Source of the DNA: Selaginella moellendorffii
Lineage: Eukaryota > Plantae > Lycopodiophyta
Assembly: GCF_000143415.4 (NCBI RefSeq)
Contig: NW_003314265.1
Coordinates: 324,405 to 388,404 of the forward strand
DNA length: 64,000 nucleotides
Reading direction: 5' to 3'
Both the position numbers and the translations under genes were made by a program. Positions within the stretch are counted from its first letter, which is position 1. Each line of letters begins with the position of its first letter. Below are positions 49,201 through 60,046 of the stretch, piece after piece. The notes under the pieces were generated by a model. The model saw nothing but the letters and a program-made list of their open reading frames with translations. It did not search any database and was not told the origin of the DNA.

Positions 49201-49468
49201 TTTACAAACTCTCAGGCATGCCGACCATCAGAAGCAGGACTTGGATTGGCTACTTCTATCTGTCACAAATCCAGCAACAGAGAAACTAAGTTATGGCAGA
49301 TCCAAATTCAACCATCGCCTTAAAGACGTGCTCGGTGATGCTCTCCAGCGCAAAGAAACTATCTCCAATGAGCCAGCAAAGCCTTGCTCGTCCGCTACTA
49401 AGCCCGCGCCTAAGAAATCAAACAAGAAGAAAAAGTCCGGGAAGAAAGGGGGAAGAAAGAAGCAGTGA
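40217..49468 (+). CDS. TRANK1-like double SF1 helicase: ParB/Srx-like domain + Upf1/Sen1-like helicase + RelE-like segment + UvrD-like helicase + TPR; apparent lesion near 45640
   Basis: Helicase 1: [53 protein letters not shown]. Helicase 2: [42 protein letters not shown]. Followed by TPR-like helices and a basic C-terminal tail. Confidence 0.9.
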
Positions 49469-49550
49469 CTTAATGTTGATATATACATATTTCGTGTCTG
49501 TATAGGTAGTTTGATCGGAATTATCTATAATATACTTCCAACGAATTTTA

Positions 49551-49586
49551 TCAAACTGGCGCCACCTTGGGAATCACAAACAACTC

Positions 49587-49628
<42 letters not shown>

Positions 49629-51522
49629 GAAGAAGAAGAAGAAGAAGAAAGAATGGCTACCTGGTCGGGAAATTCGAGAGGTCGTTGCTTCCTGGAGAAT
49701 CGCTTGTTCCAGGTATCGACGACGACGCAGGCACAGGCATCACCCCAGATGTTAACGGACGTGCGAAACATCCCCAGCAGCCAGTCCACGGCAAAAAGGA
49801 CCGAAACGTCACCAATAAACTGGGGAAGATTCACAGCCTGGAGAAGAAAAGATCGAGAAAAAAAACCTTTGCATAGTCTTGCTTAAAGCTGGCTTGCCTG
49901 TAAAACTGTGATCATGGTCACCAGAGCGGAGCTGGGAATGGACGCGGAGCCAACAGCGGCGAGAGTGGCAGTGATGGCGATGACGAAGAGGCTGCTCACA
50001 GGGAGATGGATTCCATGAGCCTGGATGGAGGACGAAGAGAAAAAAGTGAGTGAGAGAGAGATGGAGGACGAAGAGAAAAAAGTGAGAGAGAGAGAGAGAG
50101 AGTGAGAGAGAGAAACCTGGCAGATAAAAATTGCTGAGACTGCCTCGTAGAGCGCGGCACCGTCGCGGTTAATGTTGGTTCCTAGAGGAATCACAAACTG
50201 GACGATGCTCTGGTCGCAGCCGTGTTCTCCGCCGCATTGCATTGTCACTGGCATTGTGGCGGCGCTGGAGGAAGTTCCCAGTCCCATGCACAGCGCTGGC
50301 AAAAATGATCTGGTAGATACGCAGCAAATCGCTTTAAACCGGCTTGTGATCTTCAAGAGCTCAAAGAACCGAGCTACTTACTTGAAAACTTTGAGGGGAT
50401 TTTGCCTCGACAGGAGGAAGACTGTGAGTGGCAGCACCAGCGTGGAATGGATGAAGAATCCGCCCAGCACCGTCGCCATGTAAAAGCCGAGAGATTTGAG
50501 AAGATGGACGGCGTTGCATGCCTTGAGAATGGTGCCTGCGATGAGCGACGCAACTCCAACGGGCGTGAACATGACCACTACAAAGATCTGATCGGGAGAA
50601 AAAAACAATGTAAGATTGTGATCAATCGAAGACACGAGAAAGTTACGATTTTTATCAAGATGGTGTTGCAGAGCTCGATGAGATGAACTAGAGGCTCGGC
50701 TCGCTCACCTGGAGGTACACAAAGGAGAGAGTTACGAGCTTTTTTCCTTGACAGGTTTAGAGATTTTCTCACCGAATGTATTGGTGGCGAAAGCGAAGAC
50801 AATGGCGAAAGTCATGACTCCCAAATAGTTTGGCTTCGCAGCGGCCGCGACGATGTTTGTAGGAAGCAAGTCGCGGCCAATCTCGAGCAGGGAATCCACA
50901 GTCCCAGCTGCTGCCTTTGGTGTGCTAGAAAAAAAAAATTTCAAGTAAACAGCATGAAAGTATCACTCTCACTCTGTGGGGGAAGTTCCATTGCGAGTGG
51001 CACACTTTGTGAAACCCGAGTCGTCAAATGGCTTGTCTCTCCCAGGCTTGATCACCGACACCATGACGATTCCCAAAACCACGGCAAGCATCATCGACAG
51101 TAGATAATACAGTAGAGACCACTTGGTGATACGGCCAACTCTACATTTTTGCCAAGAAAGAAATCGAGCTACATCACAGGAAAAATATCATACCCACTGG
51201 TTGTGTGTCTCAAGCTGAACACTCCAGACATCAATGCGAGCATAATCAATGGCAGAACCAGGGCCTGTAAAGCTCGGATGAAAAGCTCTCCAGGATACCC
51301 TTGAAAGCAAAAAGGAAAAGAGATCGAGCTTTTAGGACAAACGACGAGGAGATCTTTTCTCTTATGATACATACCCAGGAGCTCCACTGTTAGAGCAGAG
51401 GGATGCGAATTGTAAAGCCCAGCTCCCAGCGCGATTCCCACAAGCACTCCCAGCAGCGTCCACCACACCAGCATCTCCATCCGGAACGCCTTCTTCTTAA
51501 ACCGCGAGAAGAGCCCCGCCAT
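49551..51522 (-). CDS. Dicarboxylate/amino acid:cation symporter (DAACS/SLC1, GltPh/EAAT family)
   Basis: GYPGELFIRALQALVLPLI, HP1 serine motif LGTSSSAATMP, TM7 PLGTNINRDGAALYE, HP2 AAVGSASIP and TM8 AVDWLLGMFRTSVNIWGD. Confidence 0.92.
49590..49650. repeat. Compound (GA)n(GAA)n microsatellite in the last DAACS intron
   Basis: agagagag... run followed directly by gaagaagaag... Confidence 0.95.
50022..50113. repeat. Short tandem duplication plus (GA)n in a DAACS intron
   Basis: gatggaggacgaagagaaaaaagtgag occurs twice about 36 bp apart and is followed by GA runs. Confidence 0.8.
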
Positions 51523-52557
51523 GGCGGCCAACAAACAAACAAAGAATGGCGCTCTCTTCCCAGAAGTTTGGAGAAGTGTGGAGTTCGCTCCCTCCCTCGC
51601 AGAAGAGATTCTTGGCTGCCCTATGAGCTACTTAAGGAACTCCATAGCCAGACTTCCGTAGACGCATTTGGCGGGCTCGGATTTGGACCCGAGGTGACTG
51701 CAAATCTTTTCTTCGTTTGTGGTTTTTTTTTCTCTTTGCTTTCTGCCACTTTGTTCGGTCCCCAGAGGAGCTCTGACCTCCAGGCCTACTAAGACGAGCA
51801 CAGTGTTGCGAGCTCGACATGATACACAGCATCACGCAAACTTGATGGTTGAGTTCCTGAGGTTTGGAAATGCAATGTTGGCTTTTTGTATGGAAAAACA
51901 ATTCACTGCCTTTTGTCAATGTCGATTTGTAATGCAAACCATGGGAGCATATCACCGACCATGCGTGGTAATTAGCACAGTGGTAATCCGTAGGCGCATA
52001 TCTAGGTCTGATTTATATGGGAAAACTTTAAAGCTTAGAACACTGGTGAAAAGTGATCTTTACATTGACAAGAAACTTAAAATCTCTTGATACCTTGAGA
52101 AAGCTTTTAACATGGTTTGGGGTTTGCCATCCAAAACTACTTTGGCAGCTATTTGACCATTTAGAGCTGTCTTGACTCTCGAACCTTCAAAAAAAAGGGG
52201 AAAAGGGAAGAAAGATCCCCCAGAACCTACATAGTGCTTTCTCAACGCACACACCACTTCACGGCTTTGTTTAAAAATGCTTTAACAAAGATTTTGTTTT
52301 TGAGAAATTTTCCGTTAAGCAGGAATGGCTGTTAGCATACGAGTCCATGCAGGAGGCTCCCCTGGAGCATTTCCCAGAAGTTTGGCTCCGCTGAAACGTT
52401 TACTCCCCCTTAAAAACGTTCCTTCCCACCGTCATTGGTTAGGGCAGTCAAACATAGACACACGAGGAAGCCTTCGTTCGAAGAATTTTGCATGGAAAAG
52501 CCTTCTCGTTACTGGTACTTAAATCCCTGCATCCTTCGTTCCTTCTCGAGAGAAGCG

Positions 52558-54442
52558 ATGGAGCTTTTACTGCTGTCCTGGAATGCTCTTTACCTCCTCG
52601 CGTTTCTACTCTCTTTCTGGCTGATCTACCGTAAGTTCTACAACTCCCAAGGATCATCCACGATCAAACTCCCGGCGGGAAGCCATGGCTGGCCTCTTGT
52701 CGGAGAATCTCTCTCTCTCTTCCAGGGATCCCCTCTAGACTTCCTCACCACTCGACGCAAGAGGTTCTCCCAAGTTGACTTTCGCTTAGATCTTGATTTA
52801 ATGAAGTTTGTGACCGATTTACAGATTTGGAGGAGTTTTCTCGAGTAACTTGCTTGGATCTCCCACCATTGTCACAACAACAGTAGAGGCAGCCAAGTTC
52901 TTCCTCAGCTGTGCTGACTGTGGTCCCTCAGGCTTGTTTGGCCGATTGTTTGGGCCGGACTCTATAAGCCAAGCCGTCGGGAGTGACCATGCGCTCTACC
53001 GGAGAATCATGTTGGGGATGATGGTTCCAGAGGTGCTCAAACACCATGTCGAGAAGATCGATAACTTGGCTCAGGAGATTCTAGAGTCGTGGGGATCGAA
53101 GAAGACGGTATCGGTTATGGAAGAAACTGTCAAGGTCTGATCACATCGTACGCCAGGTTGATCGCTTGATCTGATTATAAACATTTGACTTGCCAGTTTA
53201 GCTATTGTACGGTGATTGGATTCGTGTGCCAGAAACTGCTGCCCACCACTCCGGAGACGATCGATCTCATGCGAGACGTCCAGGCCATAGAGACGGGGCT
53301 GCTCCAGTTTCCAATCGACATACCCTTCTCACCTTATCACAAAGCATTGCAGGTTTGTGGCTGATAAATATAATCTTTCTAGTTCTGGATCTATTGTGAT
53401 TCGATCAGGCCAGGGCAAGGCTCCACACATTCTTGGATGGGCTCATCAACGAGAGGAGGGCACAAGTAGCTGCCAAGGACGAGACACACAAAGATGCATT
53501 GGGCGAGTTTGTCACGCACAAAGATGACAAGGTTGGAACCCTCTCCAATCAACAGGTGGAAGACAATCTCATGGCACTGTTGTTTGGAGGCCACCACACT
53601 ACAGCTCTGGCTCTCCTGTGGCTGATCAAATACTTACATGAGAATCCACAAGCTTTCAAGGAAGTGGAGGTATTATTATTATTATTATTATTATTAAACT
53701 GTTGTTTTGAATTTATCTTGATTTCCAGGAAGAGCAAAGACAAATCGTTCTTGAGAAAGGCTCCACAAAGTATAAATTAACATGGGAAGACACAAAGATG
53801 ATGCCAGCCACTCTAAGGGTTAGACGGAGTTCCACTTATTTTTATATTGAATTTAATTGGAGTGTTTTTGCAGGCTGTCCACGAGACTCTGAGGCTTTCT
53901 AATGTTGTGGGGCTGGTGACACGTAAAATCACCAAGGACATCAGCTACAATGGTTTGATTACATGTGATTGAAGCTAATTCCAATCGTTCTCTTGGTGTT
54001 ATACAGGTTATATTTTGCCCAAAGATTGGATGGTTCATGTCCATATGTCAGCAATCCACTTAGATGAGAGCATTTATCGCAATGCAACAAGATTTGATTC
54101 ATCCAGATTTAAAGTATGGCATTTGTCATGTTTATACTTACCAAAACCTTTTTATATCTTCCATCAGGTCCCAGCTAAAACTGGCACATTTATTCCATTT
54201 GGCTCTGGACAAAGAACATGCCCAGGAAGTGCACTAGCTAAGTTAGAGCTATGCGTTTTCATACACAGGCTTATCACAAAATACAGGTACTTCCTTTTCC
54301 TCCATTTTCTTGCCATTTATACTCAAACATTATTGTAAAACACTGTAGATGGGAGCCAGTGAATCCAAATAGTAAAACAAGCTACTGGCCAATGCCCACA
54401 GTGAATGATGGATACCTCATAGAAGTTATGTCCATCCAGTAA
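52558..54442 (+). CDS. Cytochrome P450, CYP85 clan
   Basis: N-terminal membrane anchor, LPAGSHGWPLVGES, I-helix LLFGGHHTT, ExxR (ETLR) and heme motif PFGSGQRTCPG. The intron-rich structure is typical of the CYP85 clan. Confidence 0.92.
53671..53696. repeat. (TAT)n microsatellite in a P450 intron
   Basis: tattattattattattattattatta. Confidence 0.9.
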
Positions 54443-54530
54443 AGAAACAAGGAGAAAATAAAAGCCCCTGGATTGCCTTTGCTGATATTTAGGGTTAGGT
54501 TTAGGGCTTGTTTTGCCCAGATCTGGCGTG

Positions 54531-56233
54531 ATGGAGGACAAGAAGAACACGGACTGCGTTTACTTCCTCGCATCGCCGCTCACATGCAAGAAGGTGAGAA
54601 ATGTGGAATTCTCCCGCAAGATCGCATGCCGGGGCACGAACATTCACCAAAAAATGTGTTTTTCGTCTTTCTCTCCGCGCCACAGGGAATGCAATGCGAG
54701 TTTAGGCACAGCGAGGTCGCGAGATTAAATCCCCGCGACTGTTGGTACTGGCTCTCTGGGAACTGCCTCAATCCAGACTGCCCGTTTCGTCATCCCGTGA
54801 GGCTTCTTCCTTCTCCTCTTAGGATTTTTCATAGTCTTTCTTTGATAGAGAGTCTTTTTCTTTCTTTGAGGATAATGGTATTTGATTTCTCGCAGCCGCT
54901 GGACGTGTCCGAGGAGGAGAATCCCAGCTCCAATTCTCGAGTCCCCTGTTACTTCTACTCTCAAGGATACTGCGCAAAAGGAGACCAGTGTCCGTTCATG
55001 CACGGCTTTGCTCGTCGCTCCCAACAGGTCCAAACTTTGGCCCAGCAGCAGCAAACTCCATCCCAGCCTCAAGTTCCTGCTGCCTCTACCGTCACGCAAA
55101 ACGGGGGCTCCAAGTTCTCGTCGGCAACGTTCGGCCAGAGAAGCGGCCCGGCCGAGCCTCCACACCAAGTCAAGCTTGAAACTCCGGAAGAACACGAGCA
55201 GCAGCACCAGGTGGAGAGCAGCAGCTCGCCGACACAGGACGACGAGCAGCAGGAGAAATCCGACAGTGGCGACGGAAAGTCCGAAGAACTCTACAGGCTG
55301 CACCACCACGAGTGGCCGATGAGAGGCAGCTCCCCCGACTTCGACGACGTAGATCCCGGAGCCCAGCAGGATTTCTACTCGGACGATGGAGATAACTACG
55401 ACACCGTCCTCGATCCAGTAAATGGCTCCTCCTCGCAGCTGCTTGATCAAATCCAAAGCCAGCAACACCGTCTCCTCGACTCTGCTTCGTACGACTTTGG
55501 AGGCTGCCGCTACGAGCGAGGAGCTTTCCAAAACGGCCCCAGCGCTGGCACACGGAACAGCTTCAACGAGTACAAGCCTTACGATCCACCGTACCAGCCA
55601 TCGCTCCCTTACGACTGCATGATCAGCTCGCGGCAGCCTCTCGTCCAGGAGCAGCGGATTGATCCCGACTTGGAAGCTCTTCTCATGGCCAGGAACTTGG
55701 AGGGACTAAACCGAGGGAGGCTCGAGGACCGGCTGGTGTTTCCGAGAGGGAACCACAGGAGCCTCTTTGCCGCAAACCGCTTAAAGCTTCTCAGCGACAA
55801 CAGTAGTGCTCACAACAGGCTAGTTTACGACGAAACCAATCCTGCTCTTCACCATCGACTGGAAAGCTGGAGGGTGGCGAATGGTGGCAGTCGCAGCGTC
55901 CATAGCAGGCTCGGAAGGCCCAGCGTGAAGACCCGGCTCAAGTATGCTGCTAACCAGAGACTCCACCAGCACCAGTTTCATAACTTCCAGCACCACCACC
56001 AACAGCAGCAACAGCGTCACCACGGCCGGAACTCGAGATACTTGGGAGTGATGCAGCAGCAGCACTGGCGACACAACAAAGTCGCCAAGAAGCCCAAGCT
56101 CGCCGCCGCCGCTGCCGGTGCTGCTCCCAGCAGCACCTCTGCCAGGAACAGCGTCACTTTGAGAGAGTCTCAATTTGACGGGCCAAAGAGCCTGGCGGAG
56201 CTGAAAGCTGCGAAGGACGCTGCTGGAACTTGA
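54531..56233 (+). CDS. Zinc finger CCCH domain protein (three CCCH fingers)
   Basis: TDCVYFLASPLTCKK/GMQCEFRHSE.ARLNPRDCWYWLSGNCLNPDCPFRHP, VPCYFYSQGYCAKGDQCPFMH and C-terminal FDGPKSLAELK. Confidence 0.9.
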
Positions 56234-56266
56234 GGACACGAAACGAAAAGCTTCTCTTTGGGACGC

Positions 56267-57379
56267 TCAGTCTGTCCTTAGAGCTTTGTGCCACAAGACG
56301 GTGGTGACTCCAATCAGCAAGCAACTCACCCCGAGCACCCAATCTCCCTCGTCTCCAGCACCGACCTCGAGCTCACTAGCAGCAGCAGCTTCTCTTTCCT
56401 CTCGTCGAGGCTTGGCTTCTCCTTCGCTGCGGCGTCGATCACTTCGTCGAGTAGGATCGCCAGTGAAGCCACTGTATCCCGACGGGGTGTGCTTGACGTC
56501 CATGACGGATCCAAAGAACTCGGTCACGCGGACCTCGTCCAGCTTCCTCCGGAACAAGTCGTCCCTGAAGCTGGCGTTGGACATGAGCAGCCGGGGATCG
56601 TAGACCCGGAACAAGCTCTCGAGGGTGGCGGCGCTGTCGGTCCTCACGCCCTCGAGAAACTGGAGCGTGTAGTACGTGAAGCGATCGATCACCGAGACGC
56701 CAACGTCCATGTCGAGGTGGTGGGAGTAGGAGTTCTCCCCCTTGTTGCTGCTGCTCGCGGCCAGCACTCCAGGCGAGTAGACTTGCGAGTAGAGCGTCGA
56801 GGCCTGGCAAGTGTCCACCATGAACAAGATCTCCCTGTATCGCCCCTTTTGATGCATCTGCTGGATCGCGTCGGCCAGGTCGTGGCTCTGGATCTCCTCC
56901 GCGTCCTGGAACTTGATGAACTGGTCGCCACCATGGCCGGTCATGTAGAGCAAGACGTTGCTGGACTCGTCGCTGAGGAGGCGCTTGGATCGCGGGACTG
57001 CCGGATCGTGGCGGCCGGTGAGGACGCGCAGGAAATTGTCCACGGTGACCTCGTAGCCGCGGTAATCCACCTCCACATTCTCGCCGTAGAGGTTGAGCTT
57101 GTGATCCTCGTTGTTGAAGACCTGGGCCGGGCGGGAATTCCTGGCGTTGCACGCCATGTCGTCGGCGAGCATGAGGAGGATGTGATCGTCCGGGATGCCC
57201 AGGCGCTTGACGGTGTGGTAGATCGAGAGGGTGTTGGCCATATGCCTGTAGTTGAACCAGTAGCGCGAGGTACATACCAGCACCGCCCAATTGCTCGTGT
57301 GCGCCGGCGCTGCCATGGCGCTCGGCGCGATCGACGAAATCAGCAGTAGCAGTGGCAGCAGCAGCAGCAGTGGCGCCAT
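56267..57379 (-). CDS. GPI8: GPI-anchor transamidase catalytic subunit (GPI8/PIG-K), intronless
   Basis: Signal peptide, [28 protein letters not shown] (His), MVDTCQA (Cys) and a C-terminal TM. Confidence 0.95.
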   Translation of the reverse strand: MAPLLLLLPLLLLISSIAPSAMAAPAHTSNWAVLVCTSRYWFNYRHMANTLSIYHTVKRLGIPDDHILLMLADDMACNARNSRPAQVFNNEDHKLNLYGENVEVDYRGYEVTVDNFLRVLTGRHDPAVPRSKRLLSDESSNVLLYMTGHGGDQFIKFQDAEEIQSHDLADAIQQMHQKGRYREILFMVDTCQASTLYSQVYSPGVLAASSSNKGENSYSHHLDMDVGVSVIDRFTYYTLQFLEGVRTDSAATLESLFRVYDPRLLMSNASFRDDLFRRKLDEVRVTEFFGSVMDVKHTPSGYSGFTGDPTRRSDRRRSEGEAKPRREEREAAAASELEVGAGDEGDWVLGVSCLLIGVTTVLWHKALRTD

Positions 57380-57591
57380 GGCGCTCCTTTCCCCCCCAAA
57401 AACCCTAAAAATGTGCGTGCGATCCTAGCCGTAGGATTTTCGCGGTAAAATTGCTATTAAATACCACCATGGATTGCAAAGACTTTCTTATGATCAAAGT
57501 TGCGACTATGGTACAAACATTCCAGCGAGAGCTTTTCTTCCACCACGATCATCCTCCCGGACGAAAAAAAAGAGATTCTTCGTGGTGGCTC

Positions 57592-59204
57592 CTAAACTCC
57601 CAGGTACTGGAAAATGGAAGGAGCGAGCTCGGCGACTGACCATCCAAGAGCAGCGTATTGCAAAAGCCGGATGCCCGTGTCCACGTCCAAGTGATCTTCA
57701 TCGATCACAGGCAGCAGCCTTAGCCACAAATTTCTCGTCTCTTCGTCGCGGGGAGAGCTCTTCTTGTCGCTGTTCTTCGCCTTTTCTTGCAGCGGCGGGA
57801 CGTAGGAAGAGGAATAGATGGGGACGAAGAAGGCTCGGCATACCCACGGAAGTAGCTGCTTTGCGAGCTCCTTGGACAGCTCCTTGACAGCTAGAACGAC
57901 TGGAAATCCAATCGCGAGTCTGAGGATTAAGTTGAGCGTGTCCTGGAGTGTTGAGATTGAGAGGGCCGTCGTTTGGCCATACGAGTAGAATCTGTGTGAT
58001 CCATATACCTGAGAATGATCGATGAGAATGGAGGATAGAACAGAAGGAGAGCTTACCACTCCCAGTACGACGCCGTTGAAAGCAGTGTGAAACTCAAAGC
58101 TTGGTGTCTTGTATTCTGGCCTTGGATACGCGAAGAGAACGAGAAATGACATGCTTGTCCAGAACGGAAGAACTGCAAAAAGAATGTCTTTTGTTCGTCG
58201 TATCATCTAACTGGATTTTGGCAGCATACCGTTTTCACCCTCCGTGACAAATTGGTCGATATGATCGTCAACGCAGCACCAAAACATCAATAGGCACAAG
58301 CCAATGGGAATCCCCGCATAGACATCGATGGGCGTGTGCATGCCCAAGTAAAGTCTCCCTGGAAAAAGCAAGGAACACGTTACAGCAAAGACAACTTGGC
58401 CGTTCTTACCGTAAGCAACAAGAACAATCACGAGGCAGATGATTCCCAACACAAGCCACCACACGCGAGAATCGCTTGGAAACTGCTGGTGGTTCATGAA
58501 GTAATTAAAGAGATACCTGGAGAAAGACAAACAACGAACAAAGTAAGACAATGGAATGGATCACCTCAGCACGCGAATACCGAAGCTTACAGTGATAAAC
58601 AGATTGTGTTGATAGTGTGAGAAGAGGGGAGTCCAAACTCCATGGCGGACTCCTCCTCGCATTTAATGGCAGTGAGACGCCTGACCGGAGGAGATGCTGG
58701 CCGGGGGGCCGAGACAACGTCCTTGACACAATTCCCAACGTAGATGCAAACAGCCATAAGGATCGTCATTTGCCTCGCAAGCCTCGTCTGGCCACACTGG
58801 AAGAATGAAGAACAAAGAACAAAGAAAGAAAAAATTCAAACCCGGAGGCTACTACTTAGAACAAACGCGAAACTATTTACCCAGAAGAGAAGCGGGAGAA
58901 ACGCAGTGTAGAACTCCACCGATACCACCGAGGATGCGACGGCAAACACGACATCCCAGAATGGATTCTTGGAACGCTGCAAGAAATCTTCGCGGATCAA
59001 TCGATCCAGCTCCGGATTCATGACGAAGAAGCGTACCTGGATGTGAAGGATCGTCTCAGTCCCCTTGAGAACCCGCTGCGTCACCAGCGGCTGGAGAATA
59101 GATCGGGCGCGCAGGGTGAGATTGGTGAAGCTGGAGAATCGCAGCCAAGAGAGGATCGTGACGAGCGTAATCACTTGCCAGACGGGGACGCCGACAGCCT
59201 CCAT
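57592..59204 (-). CDS. Lipid phosphate phosphatase delta / long-chain base phosphate phosphatase (PAP2)
   Basis: SVEFYTAFLPLLFW, KDVVSAPRP (C1), EFGLPSSH (C2), GRLYLGMHTPID (C3) and DVDTGIRLLQYAALGWSV. Confidence 0.92.
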
Positions 59205-59386
59205 CAATCAGAGATTTCCCCACAGCTCCAAGGAGAGAGACGAGCTCGCATTCTCCCGAAGCGTCCAGCGCTCTTTCCCGGAATCGCCCGGCTCAAGAAC
59301 CCTAAGTCAAGAACGCGTGGCCAAGGGATATTCCTGGGATCAATCAGAGCCCTAGAAAAGGCAATTTGCGCTTCGATTCTTTGGCG

Positions 59387-59874
59387 ATGGCGACCGAGAC
59401 GGTGTGTGCGATCACCAGCGTGGAGTTGTGGCAGGCCAAGTTCAAGGAGGCGGAAGAGGGCAAGAAGCTGGTGAGTGGAAATCGGGCGCCATTGCTAGGG
59501 TTTAATCGTTTGATCGATCGATTTCTCCCCTTTCCTTTTGCAGTTAGTGGTGGATTTCACTGCGACGTGGTGCGGCCCTTGCAAGGCCATAGCTCCGATC
59601 TTCCTGGAGTACTCCAAGACGTTCACGGATGCGATCTTCGTCAAGGTGGATGTGGATCAAATGCCTGTGAGTTTAAAAATTACTTTTTTGTGTGTTCTTG
59701 ACTCGATCCTTGCTCTTTCCAGGCGATCACTACCGAGTGGAAGGTCGAGGCGATGCCTACTTTCCTCTTGATCAAGGAAGGCAAAGTGGTGGACAAGATC
59801 GTTGGAGCGGACAAGGACCAGTTGAAAAAGAAGCTCCAGCTCCACACTGGAGCTGGAGTGCACGCCTAGGCTAG
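59387..59874 (+). CDS. Thioredoxin h
   Basis: [21 protein letters not shown] and VEAMPTF. Three-exon structure typical of Trx h. Confidence 0.93.
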
Positions 59875-60046
59875 TCAAGAAAAGAATGGGACGATTTCCA
59901 TACTACTAAGAAGTAAGCATTCGTGCTTTTAAGTTTATAGAAGAAGAAAACCTTTGTCGTTGAATTGGTTTGTATCTCATAGCTTGGCTGATAAACGAGA
60001 GCTCTGGTCCTATTCAATAGCTATAGCGATGGTGTTTCCAAAAACT

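Noticed and set aside
56288-57349. 353-aa ORF antisense to GPI8, plus a 283-aa alternative-frame ORF
   Set aside because: Shadow ORFs expected from high GC3 codon bias; no recognisable motifs.
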